From an uncultured Thermococci archaeon (lineage in GTDB: Archaea; Methanobacteriota_B; Thermococci; Thermococcales; Thermococcaceae), in NCBI GenBank assembly GCA_964615185.1, contig CAZTOS010000021.1, forward strand, positions 1-30,537: DNA of 30,537 bases. Direction: 5' to 3'. Of this stretch, positions 17,519-26,389 are shown piece by piece. The notes below the pieces were generated by a model, which searched no databases, had not been told where the DNA came from, and saw only the letters and a list, made by a program, of their open reading frames with translations. The position numbers and the translations under genes are program-made. The number at the start of each line of letters is the position of its first letter. Position 1 is the first letter of the stretch.

Positions 17519-17968
17519 ATGAACAGAGAAATCCTTACTCCTCTCTATGTCTTCGTTGGGCTGATTGGGATGATAGCAACCCTACTATATCCTGGATTTT
17601 ACCCACCAAACCCGATTAACCCAATCTTCTTCTCAGCTTTTCTCGTCTTTGGTCTGCATCTCTATGGTGTTAAAAAGATGATAACTTACGGAATGTTTTT
17701 GTTGTTGCTTTCGCTGTCTCTTGGAATTGAATTTTACTACCTTCTGAATGCCCAGCTTAAAAACGCCGTTCTTTTTCTAATAACTCCCTTGTTCGTGGGT
17801 GTTAAGTTTGCCATAGTGTTCATAACTTTAGCTGTTCTTCCTTTTAATTTCAAACTTATTTTTCTTCCTTTCAAAGCGCCATTTTTCGATGCTCCTTATG
17901 AATGGTCATCTCCTTCTCCATTCTGCAAAGAATTCTTTAAGCTTCATGCTTTTCACCTGAAAATTTAA
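17519..17968 (+). CDS. Hypothetical membrane protein; 3' end may be read-through
   Basis: About four hydrophobic segments in the first ~110 aa; the tail is the antisense of a small basic ORF. Confidence 0.55.
   Translation: MNREILTPLYVFVGLIGMIATLLYPGFYPPNPINPIFFSAFLVFGLHLYGVKKMITYGMFLLLLSLSLGIEFYYLLNAQLKNAVLFLITPLFVGVKFAIVFITLAVLPFNFKLIFLPFKAPFFDAPYEWSSPSPFCKEFFKLHAFHLKI
17828..17947 (-). pseudogene. Small basic ORF interrupted by an in-frame TGA
   Basis: GGTGA RBS, then MKLKEFFAEWRRR*PFIRSIEKWRFERKKNKFEIKRKNS*. Confidence 0.3.
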
Positions 17969-17982
17969 ATGAAAGATTAAGG

Positions 17983-18807
17983 CTATTGGATACTCGTTAT
18001 GTAGCTTATCACTTCTTGAGCAACTTCTTTGGATTTAATTTCAACACTGACTTCATTGTTCCAGTAAAGGCCGCTCTCGCTCCAGTTATGGCTTCCGATG
18101 AATGCAACTTTCCCATCAATGACAACAATCTTTGCGTGGAGAGTTCTGTCTGGAGAATCAAAGCGAACTTCAATGCCATTAGCTCTTAAATAGCTGTAAG
18201 CAGCTTGGTTTATCTCAACGGAATTTTCTAAAACAACATAAATGTTGAGTCCTCTCTTCTTTGCCCTAACCAATGCCCTAATTAAGTCATTAGCCCAGTC
18301 AAAGGAATCGCCTGCATCGTATTTCATGAGGAACATAGCTATGTATATGCTTTCGTTTGCTTCCTCTATCGTCTTCAAGACTTCATAGTAATATTCTCTA
18401 CCAAAAAGCACTTTAAACTCAGAGTTTTGTTGTGCGCTTTTCTGAAGCAAACACGATAAATAAGCGCTTTTAAGCTGGTTTATCTTCTCTTTTTGGTCTT
18501 TTATTGTCTCGTTTTGAGAGCTTAATATTGAGAAGCAAGAAGCTAAGCTTTGATTCAGCCGAACGACAGTTTGATTCAACTCTTTTATAGTAGAATTAAA
18601 TTGTTCAAGTTTTTCTACAGGTGTAAAGGTCTCGGTCATAGTTTTTGTCACTGTCTCAGTTGTTGTTTCCCTCATAGTTTCGGTCGTGGTTTTAGTCACT
18701 GTTTCTTTAACAGTTTCTGTAACTGTTATGATGCTTGTATATTTTTGTTCTCCCAAACACCCAGCTGAGAAAATGATAAAAATCAGCAACAATGCAGTCT
18801 TTCTCAT
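17983..18807 (-). CDS. Lipoprotein with Thr-rich linker, coiled coil and single-HKD phospholipase D/Nuc-like domain
   Basis: Lipobox FSAGC; TETV-type repeats; HAKIVVID..GSHNWS..NNE motif. Confidence 0.85.
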   Translation of the reverse strand: MRKTALLLIFIIFSAGCLGEQKYTSIITVTETVKETVTKTTTETMRETTTETVTKTMTETFTPVEKLEQFNSTIKELNQTVVRLNQSLASCFSILSSQNETIKDQKEKINQLKSAYLSCLLQKSAQQNSEFKVLFGREYYYEVLKTIEEANESIYIAMFLMKYDAGDSFDWANDLIRALVRAKKRGLNIYVVLENSVEINQAAYSYLRANGIEVRFDSPDRTLHAKIVVIDGKVAFIGSHNWSESGLYWNNEVSVEIKSKEVAQEVISYITSIQ

Positions 18808-18854
18808 GGTTTCACCTTAAAAATAGAAGGAAGAAAGCTTAAAAAGAAATCGCT

Positions 18855-20237
18855 TCAGTGCCAAGTAACAACTTTGTGAGTAACTTTTCCGGCCAATGCA
18901 TCTTTCAAAGCCTGCTCCATAATCTCTAATCCTTTCTCTGCTATTTCTTCAGTTATAACTAGTGGAGGTGTAATTCTGATGACATTTCCAAACATTCCGT
19001 AGCTCGGCAGAATTAAGCCGAGTTCAAAGGCTCTCCAGCATATCTTTCCGGTTAGCTCTGGGTCTGGTTTACCATCGGCTTTAACGATTTCAACGCCAAT
19101 CATCAGTCCTTTTCCTCTAACGTCGCCCATGACTTCATATCTCTCTTGCATTTCCTTCAAGCGCTTCATTATGAATGCCCCAACCTTTTGGGCGTTTTCA
19201 ATAATCTTTTCCTCCTCAATTATCTTCAGCGTAGCATAGGCTGCTGCTGAAATCACCGGATTTGCCGCTGGGGTTAACAGTGCTGACCCGCTCGTCATGT
19301 TCATCAGCTCAGCTTTCCCTATAACTCCGCTCAGCCCCATTCCGCTGGCAACTCCCTTTCCAAAGGAAATGAAGTCTGGCTCTACTTTGAACCACTCTGT
19401 TGCAAACCACTTTCCAGTCCTTCCAATGCCCGTTTGAACTTCATCCATTGCCAAGAGAATGTTATGCTCATCTAAGACCTTCTTCAGCTCTTTGAAAAAG
19501 TTCTCCGGTGGGACAACTATGCCAGCATCGCCTTGAATTGGCTCCGCTATTAAAGCGGCAACTTCATCTGGAGGAACCACATGGGCTAAAATGTAGCTTT
19601 CAAGATAATCCAAAAAACGGTTTATTAGTTCATCGGGCTCTTCATACCCATTAATTCCCCAAATGTTACGATATGGATTGGGATAGGGAATCCACACGAC
19701 GTTAGGAACCAATGGTGAGAATCCTCTCTTCTGGGAACTTTGGAATGCAGCTATTGATGTAGCTCCGTAAGTTTGTCCGTGATAAGCTCCGATGAATGCT
19801 ATGAACCATGGCTTCCTTGTGGCAAAGCGTGCTACCTTCATGGTCAAATCCATCGCATCGCTCCCGCTCAGGCCAAAGAGTATCTTTGGATTTTCAATTG
19901 GAGCTTTTTCTGCTAAAATCTCCGCAACTTCTATGGCTCTTTTGCTGTAAGTATAGCCTATCATGGAGTGCTGAATCTTTGCCACCTGCTCTTGGACTTC
20001 TTTTACAAGCTTGGGATGGGCGTAGCCTGTTGAAGCTGCAGCAGCTCCGGCTAAGAAGTCAATGAAAACATTCCCATCAACATCCTCTATTAACGCTCCA
20101 TAACCCCTCTCGGGTACAACGGGAAAAAGCTTGACTCCAAGACCAGAAGAGATAACCTTCTTTTCTCTCTCAATCAGCTCTTTTGCCTTTGGTCCCGGAG
20201 GCTTAACAACTATCTTTGGAAACTCGTTAAAACTCAT
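18855..20237 (-). CDS. PLP-dependent class-III aminotransferase-fold enzyme, probable alanine/serine racemase
   Basis: SGSDA, YHGQT, EPIQGD, DEVQTG and FGKG (PLP lysine). EPIQGD rather than EPIQGE is typical of Thermococcales fold-type I racemases; lies next to an alanine symporter. Confidence 0.75.
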   Translation of the reverse strand: MSFNEFPKIVVKPPGPKAKELIEREKKVISSGLGVKLFPVVPERGYGALIEDVDGNVFIDFLAGAAAASTGYAHPKLVKEVQEQVAKIQHSMIGYTYSKRAIEVAEILAEKAPIENPKILFGLSGSDAMDLTMKVARFATRKPWFIAFIGAYHGQTYGATSIAAFQSSQKRGFSPLVPNVVWIPYPNPYRNIWGINGYEEPDELINRFLDYLESYILAHVVPPDEVAALIAEPIQGDAGIVVPPENFFKELKKVLDEHNILLAMDEVQTGIGRTGKWFATEWFKVEPDFISFGKGVASGMGLSGVIGKAELMNMTSGSALLTPAANPVISAAAYATLKIIEEEKIIENAQKVGAFIMKRLKEMQERYEVMGDVRGKGLMIGVEIVKADGKPDPELTGKICWRAFELGLILPSYGMFGNVIRITPPLVITEEIAEKGLEIMEQALKDALAGKVTHKVVTWH

Positions 20238-20304
20238 TAAAAACCACCTCGCAGATTTTTAAAAGTAAACAGAAAAACACAAAAGATTAAAAAGAAGCAA
20301 ACTG

Positions 20305-21855
20305 TCAAGGATTCTCTTTTATGAACTCATCGGTGTATTTCTTGATAACGGTGTAGAGCACAATCAGTCCAATCAGGTTTGGTATTGCCATCAGACCGTT
20401 CATCATGTCTGAGAATGTCCAGACATTTTCAAGAACCGTTGTTGCACCGATATATATGAATATCACCCAGAGTATGTTATACACTAGGTGTAATTTTGGA
20501 TAGAGATTGGCGAATTTTTCTGGGTCTCCTGTGATCCACTTTGTCAGATACATTATGTTCTGTCTTCCATAGTAGTTCCATGCGAGGACGGTGGAGTATG
20601 CGAACAGTATGACGCCTATAACGACCATGACCTCACCGGCATGCCCAAATGCCCTTGCAAATGCCTCCTGTGTCAATGCTGTACTTGTTTTGCCCGTCTG
20701 CCATGCACCTGTGGCAACAATTGAAATTCCTGTCAGAGAACAGATTATGAGTGTATCAATGAGCGGGCCAAGCATTGCAACGTGAGCCTGTCTTGATGGG
20801 TTGTCGGTTTTTGCGGCAGAGTGTGCCATACTTGCTGTTCCAAGACCTGCTTCATTGGAGAACAGACCTCTTGCCACTCCCCATCTTATTACTGTTCCTA
20901 CAGCACCACCAGCAACAGCCTGTCCTGTGAAGGCGTCCTTGAATATCAGTGCTATTGCGCTCGGCAGCTTTCCTGCGAACTTGATCCATACCCCAATTGC
21001 GAAGATAAAGTAGACTATTGCCATGAACGGGACGAGGTACTCTGTGAATTCACCGATTCTCTTGATTCCTCCGATGGTGACTATGAACGTTAGGATTGCA
21101 AAGGCAATACCTGTAGCCCAGAATGGAACGTGGAAAGCTACATTCATACCCAGAGCTAATGAGTTGGACTGAGTCATGTTTCCAATTCCAAATGCTGAAA
21201 TCGCTGCGAATGTCGAGAATAGTATTGCAAGGACTTTCCCTAATGAAGCCATTGCGTGACCTCTTGCGAGGTAGTATGCAAGTATTAGGAAGAGCAGTGC
21301 AATAATGTATGCTCCAATCATTAGGCCTCCACTGAGTTTTGTACCATCATATGCTACAAACACTGCAAATATCAGCATAAATATTGATGCCAGATACCTT
21401 CCAGTTGGTGAAATCTTGACTTCTGCAAATCCTCTTTCCAAGGCGCTGAAGGAACCTCCAATCATTGTGCCATCTGGTAGCTTTCCTCTGAATGCAACAC
21501 CCAAGAGACCCTCTGAATATCTTGTAGCCATACCTACAGCAGCTGTTACCCACATCCAGAAGAGCGCTCCGGGACCGCCATGGTAGATTGCTGTTGCCAC
21601 ACCTGCTATGTTGCCTATACCAACTGTTCCGGAAATCGTTGCCATCAAGGCCTGAAATGGACTGATGTCACCTTCTCCAGTCTTTGCTCTTCCTTCTTTA
21701 CCAAAGGTGTATCTAATGGACCATCCCAGACGCCTAATCTGGATTCCTTTCAGTACAATGGTCAAGAACAGCCCAGTACCAACAAGCAAAATCATTATAG
21801 GCGGGCCCCAAACTATACCATCCAACCAATTAATAAAGTTCATCACAGCTCCCAT
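20305..21855 (-). CDS. Na+/alanine (glycine) symporter, AGCS family
   Basis: SPFQAL, GTVGIGNIAGVA, GGPGALFWMW, RGLFSNEAGLG and MAIPNL motifs; GGAGGTG RBS before ATG 21855. Confidence 0.95.
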   Translation of the reverse strand: MGAVMNFINWLDGIVWGPPIMILLVGTGLFLTIVLKGIQIRRLGWSIRYTFGKEGRAKTGEGDISPFQALMATISGTVGIGNIAGVATAIYHGGPGALFWMWVTAAVGMATRYSEGLLGVAFRGKLPDGTMIGGSFSALERGFAEVKISPTGRYLASIFMLIFAVFVAYDGTKLSGGLMIGAYIIALLFLILAYYLARGHAMASLGKVLAILFSTFAAISAFGIGNMTQSNSLALGMNVAFHVPFWATGIAFAILTFIVTIGGIKRIGEFTEYLVPFMAIVYFIFAIGVWIKFAGKLPSAIALIFKDAFTGQAVAGGAVGTVIRWGVARGLFSNEAGLGTASMAHSAAKTDNPSRQAHVAMLGPLIDTLIICSLTGISIVATGAWQTGKTSTALTQEAFARAFGHAGEVMVVIGVILFAYSTVLAWNYYGRQNIMYLTKWITGDPEKFANLYPKLHLVYNILWVIFIYIGATTVLENVWTFSDMMNGLMAIPNLIGLIVLYTVIKKYTDEFIKENP

Positions 21856-22109
21856 ACAAACACCTCCAACCATAGTTTGTTAGTTCTGTATTGCACTGTG
21901 CTATGTAGTAGGGTTTCCTGCATTAGTGTACTTTACAAACCTATTTTAGTATCGACAAAATATTTAAGGATTTTGGCTATTTTGTTGAATTTAACCTCAA
22001 GTAATTTTTTACATTGCTTATGTATAAATGTAAATGACAAAGGTTTTTGTGAACAATTGTAAAGCGGAATAAATAATATATAGGAGGATTGCATAAAACA
22101 AAAATACAA

Positions 22110-22166
22110 GGAATGATGAGTCTGGAGCCCCCTGAAATCAGTGATGAAGTTTCGCGGGTCTGACCG
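22110..22166 (+). ncRNA. C/D-box guide sRNA
   Basis: ATGATGA (C, 22113-22119), GTCTGGAGCCCC, CTGA (D', 22132-22135), GTGATGA (C', 22141-22147), AGTTTCGCGGGT, CTGA (D, 22160-22163); AT-rich TATA-like tract upstream. Confidence 0.9.
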
Positions 22167-22430
22167 GTGTTGTTAAGGGTTATATGACGAGGTTATAAAG
22201 ATTAGAACGCTTAATTATCAAGTTTGAGGATGAGGGGGGATTAGAGCTTAAAGTCCAGCTGAGGACTAAAGCGGAAAGATTACCAGCTTTAGCTATTTGA
22301 AAATCAAAACCTAAGTTACAAGCTCAGATGAATTTTCAAATCATCATAATCAATGAGAATGAGAATTAGTAAACTTAATATAAGTCCACTCTTCTGTTGT
22401 TTTTAAGGTAAGGCAGTAAAGGTGATTAAG

Positions 22431-25166
22431 ATGTCAATGGATATGACAACGAGGATGTTTAAAGAGGAAGGTTGGATAAGGAAAACTTGTAAAGTCTGCG
22501 GAAAACCCTTCTGGACCTTAGACCCAGATAGAGAGACATGTGGAGACCCTCCGTGTGATGAATATCAGTTTATTGGAAAACCAGGTATCCCAAAGAAATA
22601 CACTCTTGAAGAAATGAGAGAGGCATTCTTAAGCTTCTTTGAGAGGCATGGACATGGAAGGGTTAAAAGATATCCAGTTTTGCCCAGATGGAGAGATGAT
22701 GTGCTCTTAGTCGGTGCAAGCATTATGGATTTTCAACCTTGGGTCATTAGTGGGGAAGCTGATCCTCCAGCAAATCCTCTGACAATTTCCCAGCCATCAA
22801 TTAGATTCACGGATATTGATAATGTTGGGATAACTGGTAGGCACTTCACAATCTTCGAGATGATGGCACACCATGCCTTCAATTATCCAGGAAAGCCGAT
22901 ATACTGGATGGACGAGACTGTTGAGCTGGCATTTGAGTTCTTCACAAAAGATTTAGGTATGAAAGGAGAAGACATAACTTTCAAAGAGAACCCCTGGGCA
23001 GGTGGAGGAAACGCTGGGCCAGCTTTTGAAGTCCTTTACAGAGGTTTAGAGGTTGCTACGCTTGTGTTCATGCAGTACAAGTTAGCCCCACCGGGAACTC
23101 CGGATGACCAGATTGTAATCATCAAAGGGGATAGATACATCCCAATGGATACTAAGGTCGTTGATACAGGTTACGGTCTTGAGAGATTGGTTTGGATGAG
23201 TCAAGGCACTCCAACGGCTTACGATGCTGTCTTGGGTTATGTTGTCGAACCCCTCAAGAGAATGGCTGGTATTGAGAAAATTGACGACAGGATTCTAATG
23301 GAGAACTCAAGACTGGCTGGAATGTTCGACATCGAGGACATGGGTGACCTCAAAGTTTTGAGAAGAGAAGTTGCGAGCAGAGTAGGGGTAAGTGTTGAGG
23401 AACTTGAGGGATTGATAAGGCCTTACGAGCTTATCTATGCAATAGCCGATCACACAAAAGCCTTAACTTTCATGCTGGCCGATGGTGTTGTTCCTTCAAA
23501 CGTTAAAGCTGGTTACCTTGCTCGTCTGCTAATAAGGAAGAGCATTAGACATTTGAGAGAACTTGGCTTACAAGTTCCGCTCAGCGAAATTGTTGCCATG
23601 CACATAAAAGCCCTCCACAAGACATTCCCAGAGTTCAAGGAGATGGAAGATGTAATTTTGGACATGATTAATGTGGAAGAGAAGAGATATCAAGAAACCC
23701 TTAAGAGAGGCTCCGATTTGGTTAAAAGAGAGATTAAGAAGCTCAGGAAAGAAGGTAGAAACGAAATACCACTGGAGAAGCTTATACTGTTCTATGAAAG
23801 CCATGGCTTAACGCCTGAGATTGTTAAGGAGATAGCAGAGAAAGAAGGAGTCAAGGTTCACATACCCGACAACTTCTATAGCTTAGTAGCAAAGGAAGCA
23901 GAAAAGACGGCAAAAGAGGAAAAAGAGGAGCAAATCGTTGATTTTGAACTTGTGAGAGATTTGCCAGACACGAGAACGCTCTACTATGAGGACCCGTTCA
24001 TGAAGGAGTTCGACGCTAAAGTTCTCAGGGTCATTGATGATTGGGTCGTTCTTGATAAAACGGCATTCTATCCAGAAGGTGGTGGACAGCCGTACGACAC
24101 TGGTGAGCTTAACGGTATTGAAGTCTTAGCGGTTCAGAAGGTTGGAAAGGTAATCCTCCACAGAGTTAAGGAGCCAGAGAAGTTTAAAGAGGGAATGAGG
24201 GTTCACGGAAAAATCGACTGGGATAGGAGAATTCAGCACATGAGACACCATACTGGAACTCACGTTTTGATGGGCGCTTTGGTGAGAGTTCTCGGTAAAC
24301 ACGTCTGGCAAGCCGGTTCACAGCTGAGCACAGATTGGGCGAGATTGGATATTTCTCACTACAAGCGCATTAGTGAAGAGGAGCTGAAGGAAATTGAAAG
24401 ACTGGCCAATCAAGTTGTCATGGAGGACAGAAAAGTCACTTGGGAGTGGTTACCGAGAACAGAAGCGGAGCAGAAATATGGCTTTAGACTTTACCAAGGT
24501 GGAGTTGTGCCGGGAAGAATCATCAGAGTTCTCAAGATTGAGGACTGGGACGTTCAGGCATGTGGTGGAACTCACTTGCCAAGTACTGGCTTAGTCGGTC
24601 CAATAAAGATACTTAGAACTGAGAGAATCCAAGATGGGGTTGAAAGGATTATCTTCGCCTGCGGTGAAGCTGCGATAAAGGAGTGGCAGAAGGAAAGAGA
24701 TATAATAAGGAAGACAAGTGAAGTCTTCAGGGTTCCACCAGAAAAGTTGCCAGAGACAGCTGAGAAGTTCTTCGAGGAGTGGAAGCAGGCAAGGAAGGAA
24801 GTTGAAAAGCTCAAGAAAGAATTGGCTAAGCTTCTCGTTTACGAGCTTGAGAACAAAGTCGAGAGGATTGGCGAAATCGAGTTCATCGGAGAAGTCGTTG
24901 AGGGGGACTTAGACCACTTAAGAGAAGCAGCGCTCAAGTTAAAGAAGCCCAACAGAGTGATTGCACTCATAAGCGAAGACACGAACGCTGTTGTCGTTGC
25001 AGTTGGAGATGAAGTTCCATTTAAGGCTGGCGAGCTTATAAGAATAATAACTTCAATTGCTGGCGGCGGCGGTGGAGGAAAGAAGGACTTAGCCCAAGGA
25101 AAGATAAAGGATGTAAGAAAGGCAAGAGAAGCTTTGGAGGAGCTTAAGAAGAGGCTCTCTTCTTGA
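22431..25166 (+). CDS. alaS: Alanyl-tRNA synthetase (archaeal type)
   Basis: N-terminal CxxC..C..C Zn region, [16 protein letters not shown], editing HxxxH (HTGTH) and CGGTH, C-terminal GGGGGK (DHHA1). Confidence 0.98.
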   Translation: MSMDMTTRMFKEEGWIRKTCKVCGKPFWTLDPDRETCGDPPCDEYQFIGKPGIPKKYTLEEMREAFLSFFERHGHGRVKRYPVLPRWRDDVLLVGASIMDFQPWVISGEADPPANPLTISQPSIRFTDIDNVGITGRHFTIFEMMAHHAFNYPGKPIYWMDETVELAFEFFTKDLGMKGEDITFKENPWAGGGNAGPAFEVLYRGLEVATLVFMQYKLAPPGTPDDQIVIIKGDRYIPMDTKVVDTGYGLERLVWMSQGTPTAYDAVLGYVVEPLKRMAGIEKIDDRILMENSRLAGMFDIEDMGDLKVLRREVASRVGVSVEELEGLIRPYELIYAIADHTKALTFMLADGVVPSNVKAGYLARLLIRKSIRHLRELGLQVPLSEIVAMHIKALHKTFPEFKEMEDVILDMINVEEKRYQETLKRGSDLVKREIKKLRKEGRNEIPLEKLILFYESHGLTPEIVKEIAEKEGVKVHIPDNFYSLVAKEAEKTAKEEKEEQIVDFELVRDLPDTRTLYYEDPFMKEFDAKVLRVIDDWVVLDKTAFYPEGGGQPYDTGELNGIEVLAVQKVGKVILHRVKEPEKFKEGMRVHGKIDWDRRIQHMRHHTGTHVLMGALVRVLGKHVWQAGSQLSTDWARLDISHYKRISEEELKEIERLANQVVMEDRKVTWEWLPRTEAEQKYGFRLYQGGVVPGRIIRVLKIEDWDVQACGGTHLPSTGLVGPIKILRTERIQDGVERIIFACGEAAIKEWQKERDIIRKTSEVFRVPPEKLPETAEKFFEEWKQARKEVEKLKKELAKLLVYELENKVERIGEIEFIGEVVEGDLDHLREAALKLKKPNRVIALISEDTNAVVVAVGDEVPFKAGELIRIITSIAGGGGGGKKDLAQGKIKDVRKAREALEELKKRLSS

Positions 25167-25179
25167 TTTATCTTTATTC

Positions 25180-25569
25180 GTGGAGGTTTTGGAAATCAGG
25201 ATTAAATATCTTCTAAAAGAAGCTGAAGAACTCTGCGATCTCCATGGGTTCAGAGCAATCAGGGAGTTTCGTACTGAAGATGGGAGCAGAATTGACTTGA
25301 TAATTTTCAAGGGTGATGAAAAAGTCCTTGCAATTGAGTTTGAGAACTCCTACAAGTGGATAAAACAACGCATCTTATACAATGCTGTGAAAGCTAAAAG
25401 AGCTGGATTCAATAGGCTTGTGATAGTTTACCCCTTCAACAATGACCCTTTAAGTAGAAGCTGGGTTGAAGAATACGTAAAAGAAGAGCTAAGAGTAGAA
25501 TTGGTTCTTGTTAAGCCTGACGGCTTTCTTTCGGTATTAAAAGAAAGCTTAAAAGTCAAAGACCAGTAG
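25180..25569 (+). CDS. Small PD-(D/E)xK-superfamily nuclease-like protein
   Basis: REF...RIDLII...AIEFEN (E...D...ExE variant). Confidence 0.6.
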   Translation: MEVLEIRIKYLLKEAEELCDLHGFRAIREFRTEDGSRIDLIIFKGDEKVLAIEFENSYKWIKQRILYNAVKAKRAGFNRLVIVYPFNNDPLSRSWVEEYVKEELRVELVLVKPDGFLSVLKESLKVKDQ

Positions 25570-26314
25570 GATTGTCAATGAAAATCGTCTTAACTTCAAA
25601 CTTTTCTCTCGAGAGGGGCATTAGTGCTTTAAGTCCCACTGTCTCTGTTGCATAATGTCCCGCAACTAAAACGCTCAGCCTTAAGTCTTCAGCCGTTCTG
25701 TAGTTTCCATGGGTGAACTCGCCCGTTATGAAGAGATCAACGTTTTTCTTTACAGCTTCTTCAATTGCAAATCCTCCGGCTCCGCTTATGACTCCTACCC
25801 TTTTGATTTCCTGCCTTCCGAACTCATAGCTCTTCACATAGTCAATTTTCAGCTTTTCCACCAAAATTTGGGCTATCAGCGGCAGAGGCTTTGGCTCTTC
25901 AAATTCGCCGATAAACCCGATTGTAACTCCCCCATAGTCTCCGAAGGGTTCTTTAGGCTCTAAATCGAGGAGCTTTAAAAGCTGTGCATTGTTTCCAACT
26001 TCTGGATGGGCATCTAAGGGGACATGGGCAACGTATAGGTTTATGTCGTTCTCGAGGAGGAACTTGAGCCTCTTTTGAATGAGTCCCGTTATATAATCAA
26101 CTCCTCCCCAGACTATGCCGTGATGGACAATTATCATGTCAGCCTTGAATGCCTTTGCCTTTACAAAAGTATCTAAGCATGCATCAACGGCGAAGGCTAT
26201 TGTGTTAACTTCGCTCTTCCCTTCAACTTGGAGACCGTTTTTCGATTTGTCCGGGAAGGCTTTTATGTTCAAATACTCATCGAGGAAGCTTACAATCTCG
26301 TCTCTGCTCGCCAT
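25556..26314 (-). CDS. Nif3-like dinuclear metal center protein (GTP cyclohydrolase I type 2 family)
   Basis: NGLQVEG, VHHG, AHVPLDAHPEVGNN and GHYATE motifs. Confidence 0.93.
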   Translation of the reverse strand: MASRDEIVSFLDEYLNIKAFPDKSKNGLQVEGKSEVNTIAFAVDACLDTFVKAKAFKADMIIVHHGIVWGGVDYITGLIQKRLKFLLENDINLYVAHVPLDAHPEVGNNAQLLKLLDLEPKEPFGDYGGVTIGFIGEFEEPKPLPLIAQILVEKLKIDYVKSYEFGRQEIKRVGVISGAGGFAIEEAVKKNVDLFITGEFTHGNYRTAEDLRLSVLVAGHYATETVGLKALMPLSREKFEVKTIFIDNPTGL

Positions 26315-26389
26315 TCTTATTCACCAAAGTGAATATAAACTGACAACCTTTTTAAGCTAACCTGCTTTTCTTAAACCGAGGGGTGAGAG

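Noticed and set aside
18625..18730. Short degenerate tandem repeats (ACAGTGACA/ACTGAAAC-like on the minus strand)
   Set aside because: Explained by the Thr-rich linker of the PLD lipoprotein; not a CRISPR or DNA repeat array.
21580..22062. 160-aa Cys-rich plus-strand ORF
   Set aside because: Antisense shadow of the symporter gene plus its promoter; no coherent motif.
22199..22310. Open frame RLERLIIKFEDEGGLELKVQLRTKAERLPALAI upstream of alaS
   Set aside because: No start codon or RBS; may be a gene remnant but cannot be supported.
22324..22347. Minus-strand ATGATGA...CTGA resembling half a C/D sRNA
   Set aside because: No C'/D pair follows, and the would-be guide is AT-rich and self-complementary.
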